A stretch of DNA of 64,000 nucleotides from an uncultured delta proteobacterium (GCA_963793865.1 CAWCBP010000001.1:736001-800000), one strand, 5' to 3'. Counted from the first letter of the stretch, positions 18,418 through 29,218 are shown. A program made the numbers and translations. Notes: generated from the letters alone by a model not told the origin.

Positions 18418-18558
18418 GCGATGCTTACCGGATGCAGCGGCCCGGCGTTGTTCCGGTATGAAGTGATGGTCAAAGGCAATTTCCCCGCGTGGCGGCAAAC
18501 GCCCGGAGAAGGGGAACAATTACAGTGATTGAAACCCCGGAGCAGGAAGGCAGGCGCA

Positions 18559-18768
18559 ATGGCACGGATAACCGTTGAAGATTGCTTGGAGAAGGTAGAT
18601 AACCGGTTTGGGATTATTCACCTGGCGGCACAGCGGGTGCGTCAGTTAAACCGCGGTTCCCGCAGGACCGTCAGCTGTAAGAATGAAAATGTTGTCACCG
18701 CCCTTCGCGAGATCGCCGCAGGGCAGGTGACCATGGAAGCCCGGAAGCAAAAGGCAGGCAAGAATTAG
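18559..18768 (+). CDS. rpoZ: RNA polymerase omega subunit
   Basis: [17 protein letters not shown]...ALREIAAG. Confidence 0.95.
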   Translation: MARITVEDCLEKVDNRFGIIHLAAQRVRQLNRGSRRTVSCKNENVVTALREIAAGQVTMEARKQKAGKN

Positions 18769-19154
18769 TGCGCCAGCAGACTTCCGACCGCAGTCAGTAA
18801 TTCATGCGTGTTAAACGGTTTGGCAAGCGCTGTATAGGAAACACCGCCCACCTTATAGTTTGTCTCCAGCGCTCCTTCCTCCCGGATCAGAATCCCCGAG
18901 ATGAACAGGATGGGAATGTTGCGTGTCGCAGGATTTTCCTGCAGTATTTTTACCGTCTCGGCTCCGTCAAGGTCGGGCATCAAAATGTCCATGATGATAA
19001 GGTCGGGCCGGTATTTTTTTGTCTTCCTGATGGCCCCGCCTCCGCTTTTAGCCGTGACTACCTCGTAACCGTTGCTCAATAGAATTTCAGCCATTAAACC
19101 CAGTATCCGTTCCTCGTCATCGACCGCAAGAATTTTCTTGAGTGCCATAGCCAT
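18765..19154 (-). CDS. Single-domain response regulator (CheY-like)
   Basis: [24 protein letters not shown]. Confidence 0.9.
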   Translation of the reverse strand: MAMALKKILAVDDEERILGLMAEILLSNGYEVVTAKSGGGAIRKTKKYRPDLIIMDILMPDLDGAETVKILQENPATRNIPILFISGILIREEGALETNYKVGGVSYTALAKPFNTHELLTAVGSLLAH

Positions 19155-19169
19155 GCCGGGTGATGGGAA

Positions 19170-19739
19170 TTACTGTTTTTTGCTGATGGTTTCCTCTTGC
19201 ACATGAAGGGTTTGCAGGGCATCTGAGAAATCTTCATCCTCGAGGAGGATGGTTCCGTCTTCTGCGGTTTGAATTGAGGTGATGCCGGGATATTTTTTTT
19301 CGATGTCCTCCAGCAGGCTTGATTGTCGTTTCAGAGTATCGTTGAGCCGTTCGTTTTCGAGCATCACGTCATGATACTGCAATGCCGTGCGCATGGTCAT
19401 CTTAAGCTCGTCAGTGTGCCAGGGCTTCAGCATGAAGCGGTAGATTTCCCCCTGGTTGATGGAACCGATGGAGATTTTAAGATCGCCGTGCCCGGTTATA
19501 AGAATGGGCACCATGTGCGGTACCTGCGACTTTATTTTATGGAGCAATTCAACACCGCACATGCCCGGCATCATGTAGTCGGAGACCACGATTTCAGGAG
19601 AAAAGCTTTGAATGACCTCCAGCGCCTCGTGGCCGCCATGAGCTTTTTCTACAACGTAGCCTTCATCGGACAAAATGCTGTCCAGGCAGTCAAGGGCATC
19701 CGGATCATCATCAATAATAAGGACTTTTCTGCCGGCCAT
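19170..19739 (-). CDS. Response regulator receiver with short C-terminal coiled coil
   Basis: VLIIDDD, VSDYMMPGMCG, ITGH, KPW. Confidence 0.88.
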   Translation of the reverse strand: MAGRKVLIIDDDPDALDCLDSILSDEGYVVEKAHGGHEALEVIQSFSPEIVVSDYMMPGMCGVELLHKIKSQVPHMVPILITGHGDLKISIGSINQGEIYRFMLKPWHTDELKMTMRTALQYHDVMLENERLNDTLKRQSSLLEDIEKKYPGITSIQTAEDGTILLEDEDFSDALQTLHVQEETISKKQ

Positions 19740-19847
19740 ATTTTCCCTGCTGAACATTGCTTACAGCTTCCGTACCAGTATGAGCATACGTTGGTAATTA
19801 TCGGTACTTACCCTGATAAACTTAATACTTTTTACAAAGATATTATT

Positions 19848-20050
19848 TCAGTCCTTGTCCAAAAACGAGATTGCCGCGCGGAGTTTATCCTGAGCGAATC
19901 AAAGAGGAGATTCTTCGGCCTACGCCTAAGAATGACAAAGCGAAGGGCTCGCAACCACAAAATCAAGGGATGACGCCCCAATAGGGTCGTTGCGAGGAGC
20001 ATAAGCGACGCAGCAATCCCATATGAAAAGATTAATAAAATCAAAGGATA
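19848..20050. repeat. ~200 bp palindromic dispersed repeat, copy 1
   Basis: Reverse complement aligns over its length with 56830-57042. Confidence 0.85.
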
Positions 20051-20109
20051 TTTGCAGTTTTAATGAGGCAAGGTTAAGCGGGGGATCGGATGAGATCTCA
20101 ATGGTGATG

Positions 20110-20370
20110 TTATCGGTCGAGGAATTGAAGCGAAGGATCCTCCCGTGAGGTTTTGCTTCCCACCGGCGATCCGCAGCGGGCGCAGAGATAATCATATTTT
20201 TCTCCCTCCGGCAGAACAAGGAGCAGCTTCTTTCGAACCGGCACCGCTTGCTTGCATTTGACACAGAACAGTGAGGAAGCCTCCAGTTCCTCGAATTGCC
20301 GGGCCTGATGGGGGGGGGTGCGCCGGCCGGCGCGCATTGTTTTTTTTAGTCCGTCAATTACGTTTTTCAT
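20110..20370 (-). CDS. Small zinc-ribbon cytoplasmic protein
   Basis: CVKC...CARC; GAGG RBS. Confidence 0.7.
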   Translation of the reverse strand: MKNVIDGLKKTMRAGRRTPPHQARQFEELEASSLFCVKCKQAVPVRKKLLLVLPEGEKYDYLCARCGSPVGSKTSREDPSLQFLDR

Positions 20371-20458
20371 TGCCTCTCCGACGGTTGTTCATGTTTTGCA
20401 GGTTTTCCCGGTGCGCCGGACCTCTTCACACGCTGAGGCTAAAAGGCGGGCAACACCC

Positions 20459-20809
20459 TTACCCATGAGTTCTGCCATAGTCATCTTCAAGACGGATGAT
20501 ATCGTCCTCTTCGCAACCGCTTCCCGTCTGCACCTCGATGAAAACCACCGCTTCGCTGCCCCTGCTGGCTACCCGGTGCGCACTCCCGCAGGGAATGTCC
20601 ATGTGCTCCCCCGGTTTGAGCTCCATCTCGCGGCCGTTAAGGGTGATGGCGGCGGTGCCGCTCACGATGAACCAATGCTCTGAGCGCCTGCTGTGCTTTT
20701 GATAGCTCAGGCGGTGGCCCTGGTTAACCGTGATTCTCTTTACCTTGTAGCCTCGGGCGTCGGCCAAGACCTCCCATCCGCCCCATGGTGTTGTGACCGA
20801 TTGCGGCAT
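20459..20809 (-). CDS. Cupin, mannose-6-phosphate isomerase type II C-terminal domain
   Basis: PWG, VKRITV, LSYQKH..RSEHW, IEVQTG, EDDIIRLEDDYGR. Confidence 0.9.
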   Translation of the reverse strand: MPQSVTTPWGGWEVLADARGYKVKRITVNQGHRLSYQKHSRRSEHWFIVSGTAAITLNGREMELKPGEHMDIPCGSAHRVASRGSEAVVFIEVQTGSGCEEDDIIRLEDDYGRTHG

Positions 20810-20885
20810 TGGTGTTTCCTCGCCGGGATGCCACCAGAAGCGCCGGCAGAAATAATTTTAAGATCATTATAGCACAGCATGATAA

Positions 20886-21848
20886 TCATGCCAGCTGTTT
20901 TTGCAGCACCAGGCATGCCCACTCTCCCTGCAGCACGGTATCCAGCAGCAGATATTTTTTGGATGAAAACGCGGTTTCGAGTTTGTGGGCATCTTCGGCC
21001 AGGATGCCTGAAAGGACAAGGAACCCCCGACTGCTTAACCGCTTGAGCAGGTCCTTGCGAAGCTTGAGCAGGATTTCGGAAAGGATATTTGCGGCTATGA
21101 GGTCGAAGCGCTCTCCTATCCGTTCCAGCGGGCAGTCGCGAACCTGCACCCGGTGATTCACTCCGTTGATGACCGCATTCTTTCCGGCATAGCTCAGGGC
21201 AACGGGGTCTATATCAATTCCGACAATGTTTTTGATGCCCAGTTTTGCGGCTGCAATACTCAAAATACCCGATCCGGTTCCGACGTCGAGCATGCTGTCC
21301 GGAAGAGGAGAAGACCGGCGGACCAGGTCTTCTATGACTTCCAGGCACATCCTGGTGGTAGGGTGAGTGCCGGTTCCGAAAGCCATGCCCGGGTCCATTT
21401 CTATCAGGATATCCCCCGTCCGGGGGGTGTATGCCTCCCAGGAGGGCTTGATAACCATACGGCTGCCGATCCTGCAGGTGCTGAAATGCTTCTGCCACTC
21501 CCGGCTCCAATCCTCCTCGCGGATGAGCTTGAGCGCCACCCGCGGACTGTCGATCAGTCCGTGAATATCGGTTAGGGCGGCACAATACCGATGCAGCGCC
21601 CCGATGTGCCGGTGCCCCTGCTCATCGTTTTTAAGGTACGCGGTTACCCGGCGCCATTCCCCTTGGTTCGCGGCGGGCATTCCTTCCGGGGGATCGGGAA
21701 TCTCACCGTCGGTGACAACACCATCGGCGCCGTGCTCCATGAGAAAGTTGGCCAGCGCATCCTGCAGGTGTTTGCCAAGGTCGACGGAGATTTCAACCCA
21801 TTGCTCATCCGCCGCCGGCATCTCTTCTGCGTCAGGAATGTGTTTCAT
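20886..21848 (-). CDS. prmA: Ribosomal protein L11 methyltransferase
   Basis: DPGMAFGTGTHPTT, LDVGTGSGILSI, ANI, LSGIL. Confidence 0.95.
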   Translation of the reverse strand: MKHIPDAEEMPAADEQWVEISVDLGKHLQDALANFLMEHGADGVVTDGEIPDPPEGMPAANQGEWRRVTAYLKNDEQGHRHIGALHRYCAALTDIHGLIDSPRVALKLIREEDWSREWQKHFSTCRIGSRMVIKPSWEAYTPRTGDILIEMDPGMAFGTGTHPTTRMCLEVIEDLVRRSSPLPDSMLDVGTGSGILSIAAAKLGIKNIVGIDIDPVALSYAGKNAVINGVNHRVQVRDCPLERIGERFDLIAANILSEILLKLRKDLLKRLSSRGFLVLSGILAEDAHKLETAFSSKKYLLLDTVLQGEWACLVLQKQLA

Positions 21849-22064
21849 GGTTTCGAGCGGTTGCGTTCCTTCATCAGGCAGGGAACGAACAAGAAACAGT
21901 ACATGATATTACGTTGGGATTTACCTGTACCAGAAACGGGATTGGCAGGCAAGCATAAGATGCGGGCATGGCCGGCGGTTTTGCTTGACTTAGTGTACGG
22001 GGAAAGGTAATTTTGCTCAATCCGGGTGATGCGGCGCCGCGGGTGATGCAGTGGTGGCACTGGT

Positions 22065-22712
22065 ATGAAAATAGCGGAAATTTTCAGCAGCATACAGGGA
22101 GAGTCAACCTTCTCGGGTTTGCCCTGCACGTTTATTCGTGTCGCGGGGTGCAATCTGAGCTGCAGCTATTGCGACACGCCCTATGCCCGTGAGGGGGGTG
22201 AGGAATGCACGCCGGAGCAGGTATGCCGCGCGGTGAAGGAAGCGGGGATTTCACTGGTTGAGCTTACCGGCGGGGAGCCTCTCCTGCAGGATGAGTCATA
22301 CCGGATCATGGATAGCCTGCTCAATGATGGATACCGGGTCCTGCTTGAGACAAACGGCAGCCTGAGTCTTGAGAAGGTGGATCAGCGGGTGGTAAAAATC
22401 ATGGACCTGAAATGCCCGGGCAGCGGCATGTCCGATCATATGGCGTTTTCCAACATCTCCTGCCTGCGGCCCGAAGACGAAGTAAAATTTGTCATCAGCG
22501 ATGCGCGTGATTTTGATTGGGCAGTCAGGATCATCAGGGACCATGGCCTTGTGCAACGGTGTAACCTGCTTATCTCGCCGTTGCAGCCCAACCTCAAGCC
22601 GTCGGTTGCGGCGGGCTGGATACTGCGGGAAAAGCTGCCCCTGCGCCTGCAGCTGCAGTTGCACACGCTGATCTGGCCTGATAAGCTGCCGGGCCGGGAT
22701 CGCGGCTATTGA
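22065..22712 (+). CDS. queE: 7-carboxy-7-deazaguanine synthase (radical SAM)
   Basis: EIFSSIQGE, CNLSCSYCDT, TGGEP, ETNG, LQLH. Confidence 0.9.
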   Translation: MKIAEIFSSIQGESTFSGLPCTFIRVAGCNLSCSYCDTPYAREGGEECTPEQVCRAVKEAGISLVELTGGEPLLQDESYRIMDSLLNDGYRVLLETNGSLSLEKVDQRVVKIMDLKCPGSGMSDHMAFSNISCLRPEDEVKFVISDARDFDWAVRIIRDHGLVQRCNLLISPLQPNLKPSVAAGWILREKLPLRLQLQLHTLIWPDKLPGRDRGY

Positions 22713-22826
22713 CCGCCGGCGCCATTGCGCGCAGCCGGCTCAACAGGCGGTAAGCATCAGCGAATGGGGATTTCAGGGTTTTGTAACCGGCGGTGACAGG
22801 GATAACGTTCATGAAGCGCTACGGGG

Positions 22827-24437
22827 ATGCAGATGAATATTAAAACCGATTTTCTGGTGCTGGGCAGCGGGATTGCCGGCTTAAGCTTTGCCTTAAAGGC
22901 GTGTGAGCACGGTTCGGTGGCAATCGTCACCAAGAAGGAAAAAATCGAGTCCAGCACCAATTACGCCCAGGGCGGCATAGCCACCGTGCTCGGTTCCGAT
23001 GACTCGTTTGAGCTGCATATCGCTGACACCCTGACCGTCGGCTGCGGCCTTTCAGATCCGTCGGTGGTGGAGAGCGTGGTGGGCGACGGACCCGAGCGGA
23101 TTGCGGAGCTGGTGAAATGGGGAGTCAACTTTTCCAGGAACAGCAGCCGGAGGAACAGCACGTATGACCTTGGCAGGGAAGGGGGCCACAGCAGAAGAAG
23201 AATTGTGCACGCCCAGGACCTGACCGGCCGCGAGGTGGAAAGAATACTGGTAAAAAGCGTCGAATCAAAAAAGAACATCAGGATCTATGAAAATTTCTTC
23301 GCGGTTAATCTTATAACCCGTTCCGCGGTGAAGGGTGCCGGCGGGAGGGGGGGCGTCTGCTACGGTGCATATGTGCTGGACAGGAATAGCCGCGAGGTTC
23401 ATACCTTCTGCGCCAAGGCGACGCTGCTGGCAACTGGCGGGGTGGGAAAGGTTTACCTTTACACCAGCAACCCGGACATATCCACCGGTGATGGCATTGC
23501 CATGGCCTACCGGGCCGGCGCGAGGATAGCCAACATGGAGTTTATCCAGTTTCATCCCACCTGCCTGTATCATCCCCGGGCAAAGAACTTTTTGATTTCG
23601 GAGGCCCTGCGGGGGGAGGGGGGGGTGCTGCGACTGACGGACGGCACCCCGTTTATGGATAGTTACCATCCTTTGAAGAGCCTGGCGCCCCGGGACGTGG
23701 TGGCGCGGGCCATTGACAGCGAATTGAAGAAAAGCGGGGCGGAATATGTGCTGCTGGATATGACCGCGAAGAGCAGGGCATTTCTCAAGCGGCGATTTCC
23801 CAACATCTACGGCACCTGTAAATCACTGGGCATGGACATGGCCTCAGAGCCCATACCGGTCGTTCCCGCGGCCCACTATTTATGCGGCGGCGTCGTGACC
23901 GACCTCAATGGAGAGACAAACGTCAGGAGGCTGTATGCCTGCGGCGAGGTGGCCTGCACCGGCCTGCACGGCGCAAACCGCCTGGCGAGCAATTCGCTGC
24001 TTGAGGCGCTGGTGTTTGCGCACCGCAGCGCCATCAAGGCTGTGGAGGATGTGCGTGAGTCCGGATTGCGATTTCCGGCCATAAAGCCCTGGGATCCGGG
24101 CAAGGCGGTGGATATAGACGAATCGGTGGTGATTTCCCATAACTGGGATGAAATACGGCGGCTGATGTGGCACTACGTTGGCGTGGTCAGGTCGAATAAA
24201 CGGCTGGCCAGGGCGCACCGGCGCATATCCCTGCTGCGGAAGGAAATCACCCGGTATTATTGGGATTTTATTGTAACCGCCGATCTGCTGGAGCTGAGGG
24301 ACATCGCGCTGGTATCAGAACTGATCATACGCTGCGCGCTCATGCGGAAGGAGAGCCGGGGGCTGCATTATACCCTGGATTACCCCGGGAAGGATGACCG
24401 GCATTTCAAGAGAAATACCGTGATAATAAAGCGCTAA
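22827..24437 (+). CDS. nadB: L-aspartate oxidase
   Basis: GSGIAGL, YAQGGIA, EGGHSRRRIVH, QFHPT, SEALRGEG, HGANRLASNSL. Confidence 0.95.
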   Translation: MQMNIKTDFLVLGSGIAGLSFALKACEHGSVAIVTKKEKIESSTNYAQGGIATVLGSDDSFELHIADTLTVGCGLSDPSVVESVVGDGPERIAELVKWGVNFSRNSSRRNSTYDLGREGGHSRRRIVHAQDLTGREVERILVKSVESKKNIRIYENFFAVNLITRSAVKGAGGRGGVCYGAYVLDRNSREVHTFCAKATLLATGGVGKVYLYTSNPDISTGDGIAMAYRAGARIANMEFIQFHPTCLYHPRAKNFLISEALRGEGGVLRLTDGTPFMDSYHPLKSLAPRDVVARAIDSELKKSGAEYVLLDMTAKSRAFLKRRFPNIYGTCKSLGMDMASEPIPVVPAAHYLCGGVVTDLNGETNVRRLYACGEVACTGLHGANRLASNSLLEALVFAHRSAIKAVEDVRESGLRFPAIKPWDPGKAVDIDESVVISHNWDEIRRLMWHYVGVVRSNKRLARAHRRISLLRKEITRYYWDFIVTADLLELRDIALVSELIIRCALMRKESRGLHYTLDYPGKDDRHFKRNTVIIKR

Positions 24438-25303
24438 ACGGCATCAGGCATTTTAAGTCCGATGAAAGCCCCGAAGCGCCCGGTAATTTTTGCCTCCCTC
24501 CGGTATGAGAAAAACAGATCCGTATTGCAGGAGGTGCAGATTCCCGCGGAACGTATGTGACCTTCCTGTACACCCGCCGCCATAAGCTGCTTCCGGTTTG
24601 CCTCCCATAAATTAAACGTGAGCCGCCCGCTGCCCGGTGCGGTGACAAAACAGTGTTCACTCAGGGGTAATTCCCTGACGGCCAGGTCCGCCATGCCGGC
24701 GTCGACATGATAGCAGCACGGGCCAATGGAGGGTCCGATCACCACCAGCGTCTCCTCAGGCCGACACTTGAATTGGTCGGCGAGAAGCTCAATCATTGAT
24801 TGCCCGATGCGGGCAAGCGTTCCCTTCCATCCGGCATGAGCGATACCCACGGTGCGCCTTGTCTGGTTGAAAAAAAGCAGGGGGACACAGTCCGCATAGC
24901 GGGCCATAAGGGTGATGCCGGGAACGTTGGTTGCAAGCCCGTCTGTTGCGGGAACGGTCTTTTCAGGGAGAAAACAGCCGCGCGTGAGGTAGGATTCATC
25001 GATGAGGGCAATCGAGTTGTGATGGATCTGCTGACAGGCCACCAGCGAGGAAAGGTCGAATGAGAGCAGCCGGCTTACGCGCCGATAGTTCTGCCGCACC
25101 CGGTCGGGACGGTCCCCCACATCAAAAGAAAGGTTAAGGCTTTGGTATGGACCGGTGCTCCCTCCGCCGTGCCTGGTGGATATGCCGTGCAGCAGCTCAT
25201 GGAACGGCGCAAGATTCGACGCTTGCAAAACGGAGGGCGTGTGCGGATGGTTTCTTAACATGCTATGCGGCCGGCAGACCGGCATCATCGGACATGACAG
25301 CAT
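24434..25303 (-). CDS. pgeF: YfiH/PgeF family purine nucleoside phosphorylase
   Basis: QIH, ADCVP, AHAGWKG, GPSIGPCCY, FSYRR; start uncertain. Confidence 0.9.
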   Translation of the reverse strand: MLSCPMMPVCRPHSMLRNHPHTPSVLQASNLAPFHELLHGISTRHGGGSTGPYQSLNLSFDVGDRPDRVRQNYRRVSRLLSFDLSSLVACQQIHHNSIALIDESYLTRGCFLPEKTVPATDGLATNVPGITLMARYADCVPLLFFNQTRRTVGIAHAGWKGTLARIGQSMIELLADQFKCRPEETLVVIGPSIGPCCYHVDAGMADLAVRELPLSEHCFVTAPGSGRLTFNLWEANRKQLMAAGVQEGHIRSAGICTSCNTDLFFSYRREAKITGRFGAFIGLKMPDAV

Positions 25304-25314
25304 TCCCCTGGTGA

Positions 25315-26235
25315 TTATCCCTGGTCCTTGATCAGCCTGGCAAGCCGCAGCACGGCTTCCGTATAGGCCCCGCTGTTATTGTATTGTCTGATGACCTCTT
25401 TTTTGCGCGTATCCGGCGCGTCCATGGTCCAGCCGTGACGCTTGAGATAATTGGCAACGCTGGTTATGGCATCATAGCGATCATGCAGGCTGACCTTCCC
25501 ATCGCTGTTGCCGTCAAGCGCATAGCGCAGATAGCTTGAGGGTAAAAACTGGGACATGCCGAAGGCGCCTGCCCAGGAACCCCTGAAGCTGAAAACATCC
25601 GCACGTTCACTGAGCGCAATGGTCAGCAGGGATTTGAGCTCCTGATACGCCCACTCGGCCTTTTTTTGCGCCCGCCCCTCGATTTCCGTCCTGCCGAGGC
25701 GGGGATATTCTCCGCCAATCCGCTCCTTCATGCTGTCCAGGACTTCGGGGGTTGCGGCAAGCGAAAGGGTGGAAAACACGTTGAAGACAATGTTGCTTCC
25801 CGCGTTCCTGCCGAATGCCGATTCTATGTACAGAATGGAAACAATAATTTCCTTGTCTACCTGATACAGCTGCTCCACCCCGTTCAGGTAGGTTGCTTCG
25901 TCAGTCAGGAAACGCCGCGCCTGCGTGACCGAAGGTATGCTGGTAAACCGGGAATAGTCGGCATCACGGTATTTGCTGGTCAGATTGGTGTAGAGCACAT
26001 CCGGGAGGAACCGGGTGCGCGGGTCCTTAAAAACCGATGTGAGATAAACCCTGTCAAACCCCTCACCCGCAAGCCGGCCGATAAGGCCGTCATAGTTTTG
26101 GCTGAGCAGGGATGAAGATGTGGAAACGGCAGGGGGCGCCATGTCAGGCGCGGCCGCCGGCACGCAGGTGAGAGCAAGGCAGCACATGAACAGCAAACTC
26201 TGGAGCCGGATAAGGATCAGCATGTGTCTATGCAA
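25315..26235 (-). CDS. Lytic murein transglycosylase, MltB family
   Basis: IESAFG, GSWAGAFGMSQFLPSSY, DGNSDG, SVANYL, YNNS. Confidence 0.9.
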   Translation of the reverse strand: MHRHMLILIRLQSLLFMCCLALTCVPAAAPDMAPPAVSTSSSLLSQNYDGLIGRLAGEGFDRVYLTSVFKDPRTRFLPDVLYTNLTSKYRDADYSRFTSIPSVTQARRFLTDEATYLNGVEQLYQVDKEIIVSILYIESAFGRNAGSNIVFNVFSTLSLAATPEVLDSMKERIGGEYPRLGRTEIEGRAQKKAEWAYQELKSLLTIALSERADVFSFRGSWAGAFGMSQFLPSSYLRYALDGNSDGKVSLHDRYDAITSVANYLKRHGWTMDAPDTRKKEVIRQYNNSGAYTEAVLRLARLIKDQG

Positions 26236-26340
26236 CAGGTGATTGAAAGGTTACCCGTACTGTGAAGCGCTGAGCTGCCGGCGAGCTGAGGAGATCAGCC
26301 AAGAGCGGCAAGAACATTCTATTTCCCGGAACCATATTGA

Positions 26341-26491
26341 GCAGGCTGTTGAAAAACGCCCATCTGCTGCGTTACACTCATCCTTCGTCATTGCAGCGTA
26401 CTCATATGTACGCCTCATTCCTCAGGATTTCGTGTGCCTTGCATCTGCGATGTTTTTGAACAGCCTGCGAACCTATTTTTTCAACAACCTG
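26341..26491. mobile_element. MITE-like element with IS-type terminal inverted repeats
   Basis: CAGGCTGTTGAAAAA ... TTTTTCAACAACCTG, internal extra end copy, no ORF. Confidence 0.65.
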
Positions 26492-28942
26492 TTGGGGCTG
26501 TGCTGTATGGATACGACGGTGACGCCCGCGCCGCCCCGGGAATTATCATCCGGGTTAAAGCTCTTTACCCAGCCCTCTTGCTTGAGATGGGCCCGTATGG
26601 CCTCTTTGAGCCGCCCGGTTCCCAGTCCGTGGATGATCTCAACCGTTTCAAGCCCCCTTATGAGGGCATGATCGATTGCCCGGTCAATGACGGGCAGCGC
26701 CTCGGCAACGGTCATGCCGATGACATTGATGGTCGGAGAAACATCATCATCCGATAATGATGATGTATAGCTGCCGGATGCCGGCACCTTCTCCCGAGGC
26801 GTCTCCGTCGCCGCAGCGGACGGGGAATCCGGTATCGCTTCGATGGCGTCAAAGCCGGCCTTAATCTTGAGATCACCCACCAGGATTTCAGCCCGCTTCA
26901 GAGCGGGTTCCACCTTGAGGACCACGCCTTCCCGGTTGACCTGTGCCAGCTTAATGCGCTGCCCCGGCTTAAGATCGTGAACGGGTTTTTTCTTTTCGAC
27001 AGTTGCCGGGAGGTATTTTTTCCACTCCGCTTCCACCGCACGCAACGACTTGTGCGCTTCCTTGTGAGGCGGCTCCTTTTTGCGCCTGGCCTCGCTGATG
27101 ATCGATTCCAGCTGGGCCTGGGCCTGCCGCAGGTAGCCCTTGAGGGTGCTTTCGTAATCGCGCAGCATCTGGTCCCTTTTTGCCTTCAGTTTTGCAAGCA
27201 TGGTTGCGACCAGGCCTTCATGAACCTCAGCCCTGTGCCTGAGCGCTTCCAATGCTTCCTTTCTTTGCAGCACCTGCAGCTGGCTTTGCTCAAGCGCCTT
27301 AAGCAGGTGCATGGTGCTGTGGTCCTTGTCTTCAAGATAGGATTTCGCCTGTTCAATCAGGGAAGGGGACATGCCCATGTTGCCAGCTATGGTAAATGCG
27401 TTGCTGACACCGGGTATGCCGTACACAAGGCTGTAGGTGGGCTTCAGGGTGATTGGATCAAATGCCACGGAAACATTTTCCACATCCCGGTGACGATAGG
27501 CGTAGGTTTTAAGCAGTGTTAAATGGGTGGTTACGGCAATGGAAGCCTGACGTGATCTCAGATAATCAAGCAGGGCCAGCCCCAGGGCCGCCCCCTCGGC
27601 AGGGTCGGTTCCCGCCCCCAGTTCATCAATGAGGATGAGCGATCGCCCGTCGGCCTCACGGGTGATTTGGTTGAGACGCCGGATGTGAGCGGAAAAGGTA
27701 CTCAGGCTTTCCTCAATGTTCTGCTCATCGCCGATGTCGGCAAAGATGGAGGAAAAGACGGGGATGGTGCTCCCCTCGGCGGCGGGTATGTGCATGCCTG
27801 CCTGCGCCATGAGGGATAAAATGCCGAGGGTTTTAAGGGTGACGGTTTTGCCCCCGGCGTTTGCGCCGGTGATGATCAGCGTTGAGCGGTCACGGCTCAT
27901 GCGTATGGTCGTGGGCACGACGCGCGAGGGGTCGAAGGAGAGCCGCTCGACGGACTCAGGTCCCTCACCGGAGGCGTCAGGGGGAAGCTCAATCGTCTCC
28001 GTGCGGGCAAAAAGAATGGGATGCCGGCAGGAAATAAGTTCGATGCGCTTTTCATCATTTATGATCGGCTCACAGGCATTGATTGCCATGCTCAACCGGG
28101 CCTTGGCGTATATAAGATCAACCTTTTCCAGCTGGGCCAGGTTGAAGAGGATTTCTTCTCTCAACTCCCTGACCATCCCGGTGAGCATGAGCAGGATCCG
28201 GACTTCTTCGCGCAGCTCCTCCTTGAGCAGAATTTGCAGTTCATTGTTGGGATCGACCGCGGCAAGGGGCTCAATAAAATACGTGGCCTTGCTCTGCGAC
28301 TGATCGTGCACCACCCCGGGCAGAAAGGCCTTGTGGTCAATTTTAACCGGGAGCACAAACCTGCTGTTTCTTATGGTGATCAGCTGTTCCTGAAAAATGA
28401 ACTGGAGGTCATCACGGTGGAGCAGGGACTCCAGAATATGCTTGACGTGCAGCTTCACCTGCCTGATTTTGTTCCGGATGGAGATCAGTTCAGGGCTGGC
28501 TGTGTCCAGAATCTCGCCGGTGTTTCCGATGGCCTTTCTGATGGCATCTTCAAGCTCCTTCAGGGGAAAAATCTTTGCCGATAATAGATGATATCTTTTG
28601 ATATCTTGCGCCTGCAGCCTTAATAAACAACCTGAGCTTCTTGCCCGTTTCAAGGGTGCTGCGAATTTCCTGCAATTGCGGTGGTTCAACGTAAAATCCC
28701 TCCACCTTGGTCCTGCTGACGATCCGCTCTATGTCCCTGATGCCGTGAATGGGAAAATCATCATGGATGGTGAGGAGATCCTTCATTTCGCTCACCTCGG
28801 CAAGGGATGATGAAATCTCGCTGAGGTCGGTAAGGGGAAGGACACGATCACAGATTTTACCGCCCTGGGGGGAAGTTGTGTAGTGCTTGAGAAAGGATAC
28901 GATTTTTTCAAATTCTAAAACGCGTAGGGTATGCTTGTCCAT
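26473..28942 (-). CDS. mutS2: Endonuclease MutS2 (one frameshift near 28575)
   Basis: MDKHTLRVLEF N-terminus, ITGANAGGKT, DIGDEQ, STFSAH, DELGAGTDP, Smr domain IIHGLGTG; split over two ORFs. Confidence 0.92.
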
Positions 28943-29076
28943 CGTGCCTGTCTGTCGTGTATCTGTGTGAGGTTTGCCATAATGCTACTACAGTTTTGAC
29001 GGTTGCACAAGGCCTTTGGCGCGGAAGGACATGGTGAATGAATGGCTGCCGTGTTGCCGAACTTATCTTACATGAA

Positions 29077-29106
29077 TGTAGGGGCGACCGGCCGGTCGCC
29101 CCTACA
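29077..29106. repeat. GTAG-type REP-like perfect 30 bp palindrome
   Basis: TGTAGGGGCGACCGG|CCGGTCGCCCCTACA. Confidence 0.75.
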
Positions 29107-29129
29107 AGTCAGATTTTAATTCTTACTCA

Positions 29130-29218
29130 CAGGTTGTTGAAAAATTAGTTTTCCTCAGGCTGTGCAAAAGCCCCTCCCCCTTGAGCCGCAATTCAGATGG
29201 GTTTATTTCAACAACCTG
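29130..29218. mobile_element. Shorter MITE-like element of the same family as 26341-26491
   Basis: CAGGTTGTTGAAAAA ... TTTCAACAACCTG with the same nested internal repeat, opposite orientation. Confidence 0.6.

Noticed and set aside
18460..18530. c-di-GMP-I riboswitch before rpoZ
   Set aside because: GGCAAAC is present, but I could not find the expected second stem or tetraloop-receptor arrangement; kept only as a generic structured leader.
19832..20264. Small ORFs over the dispersed repeats (also 26243-26671 and 56906-57187)
   Set aside because: They are translations of non-coding repeat elements.
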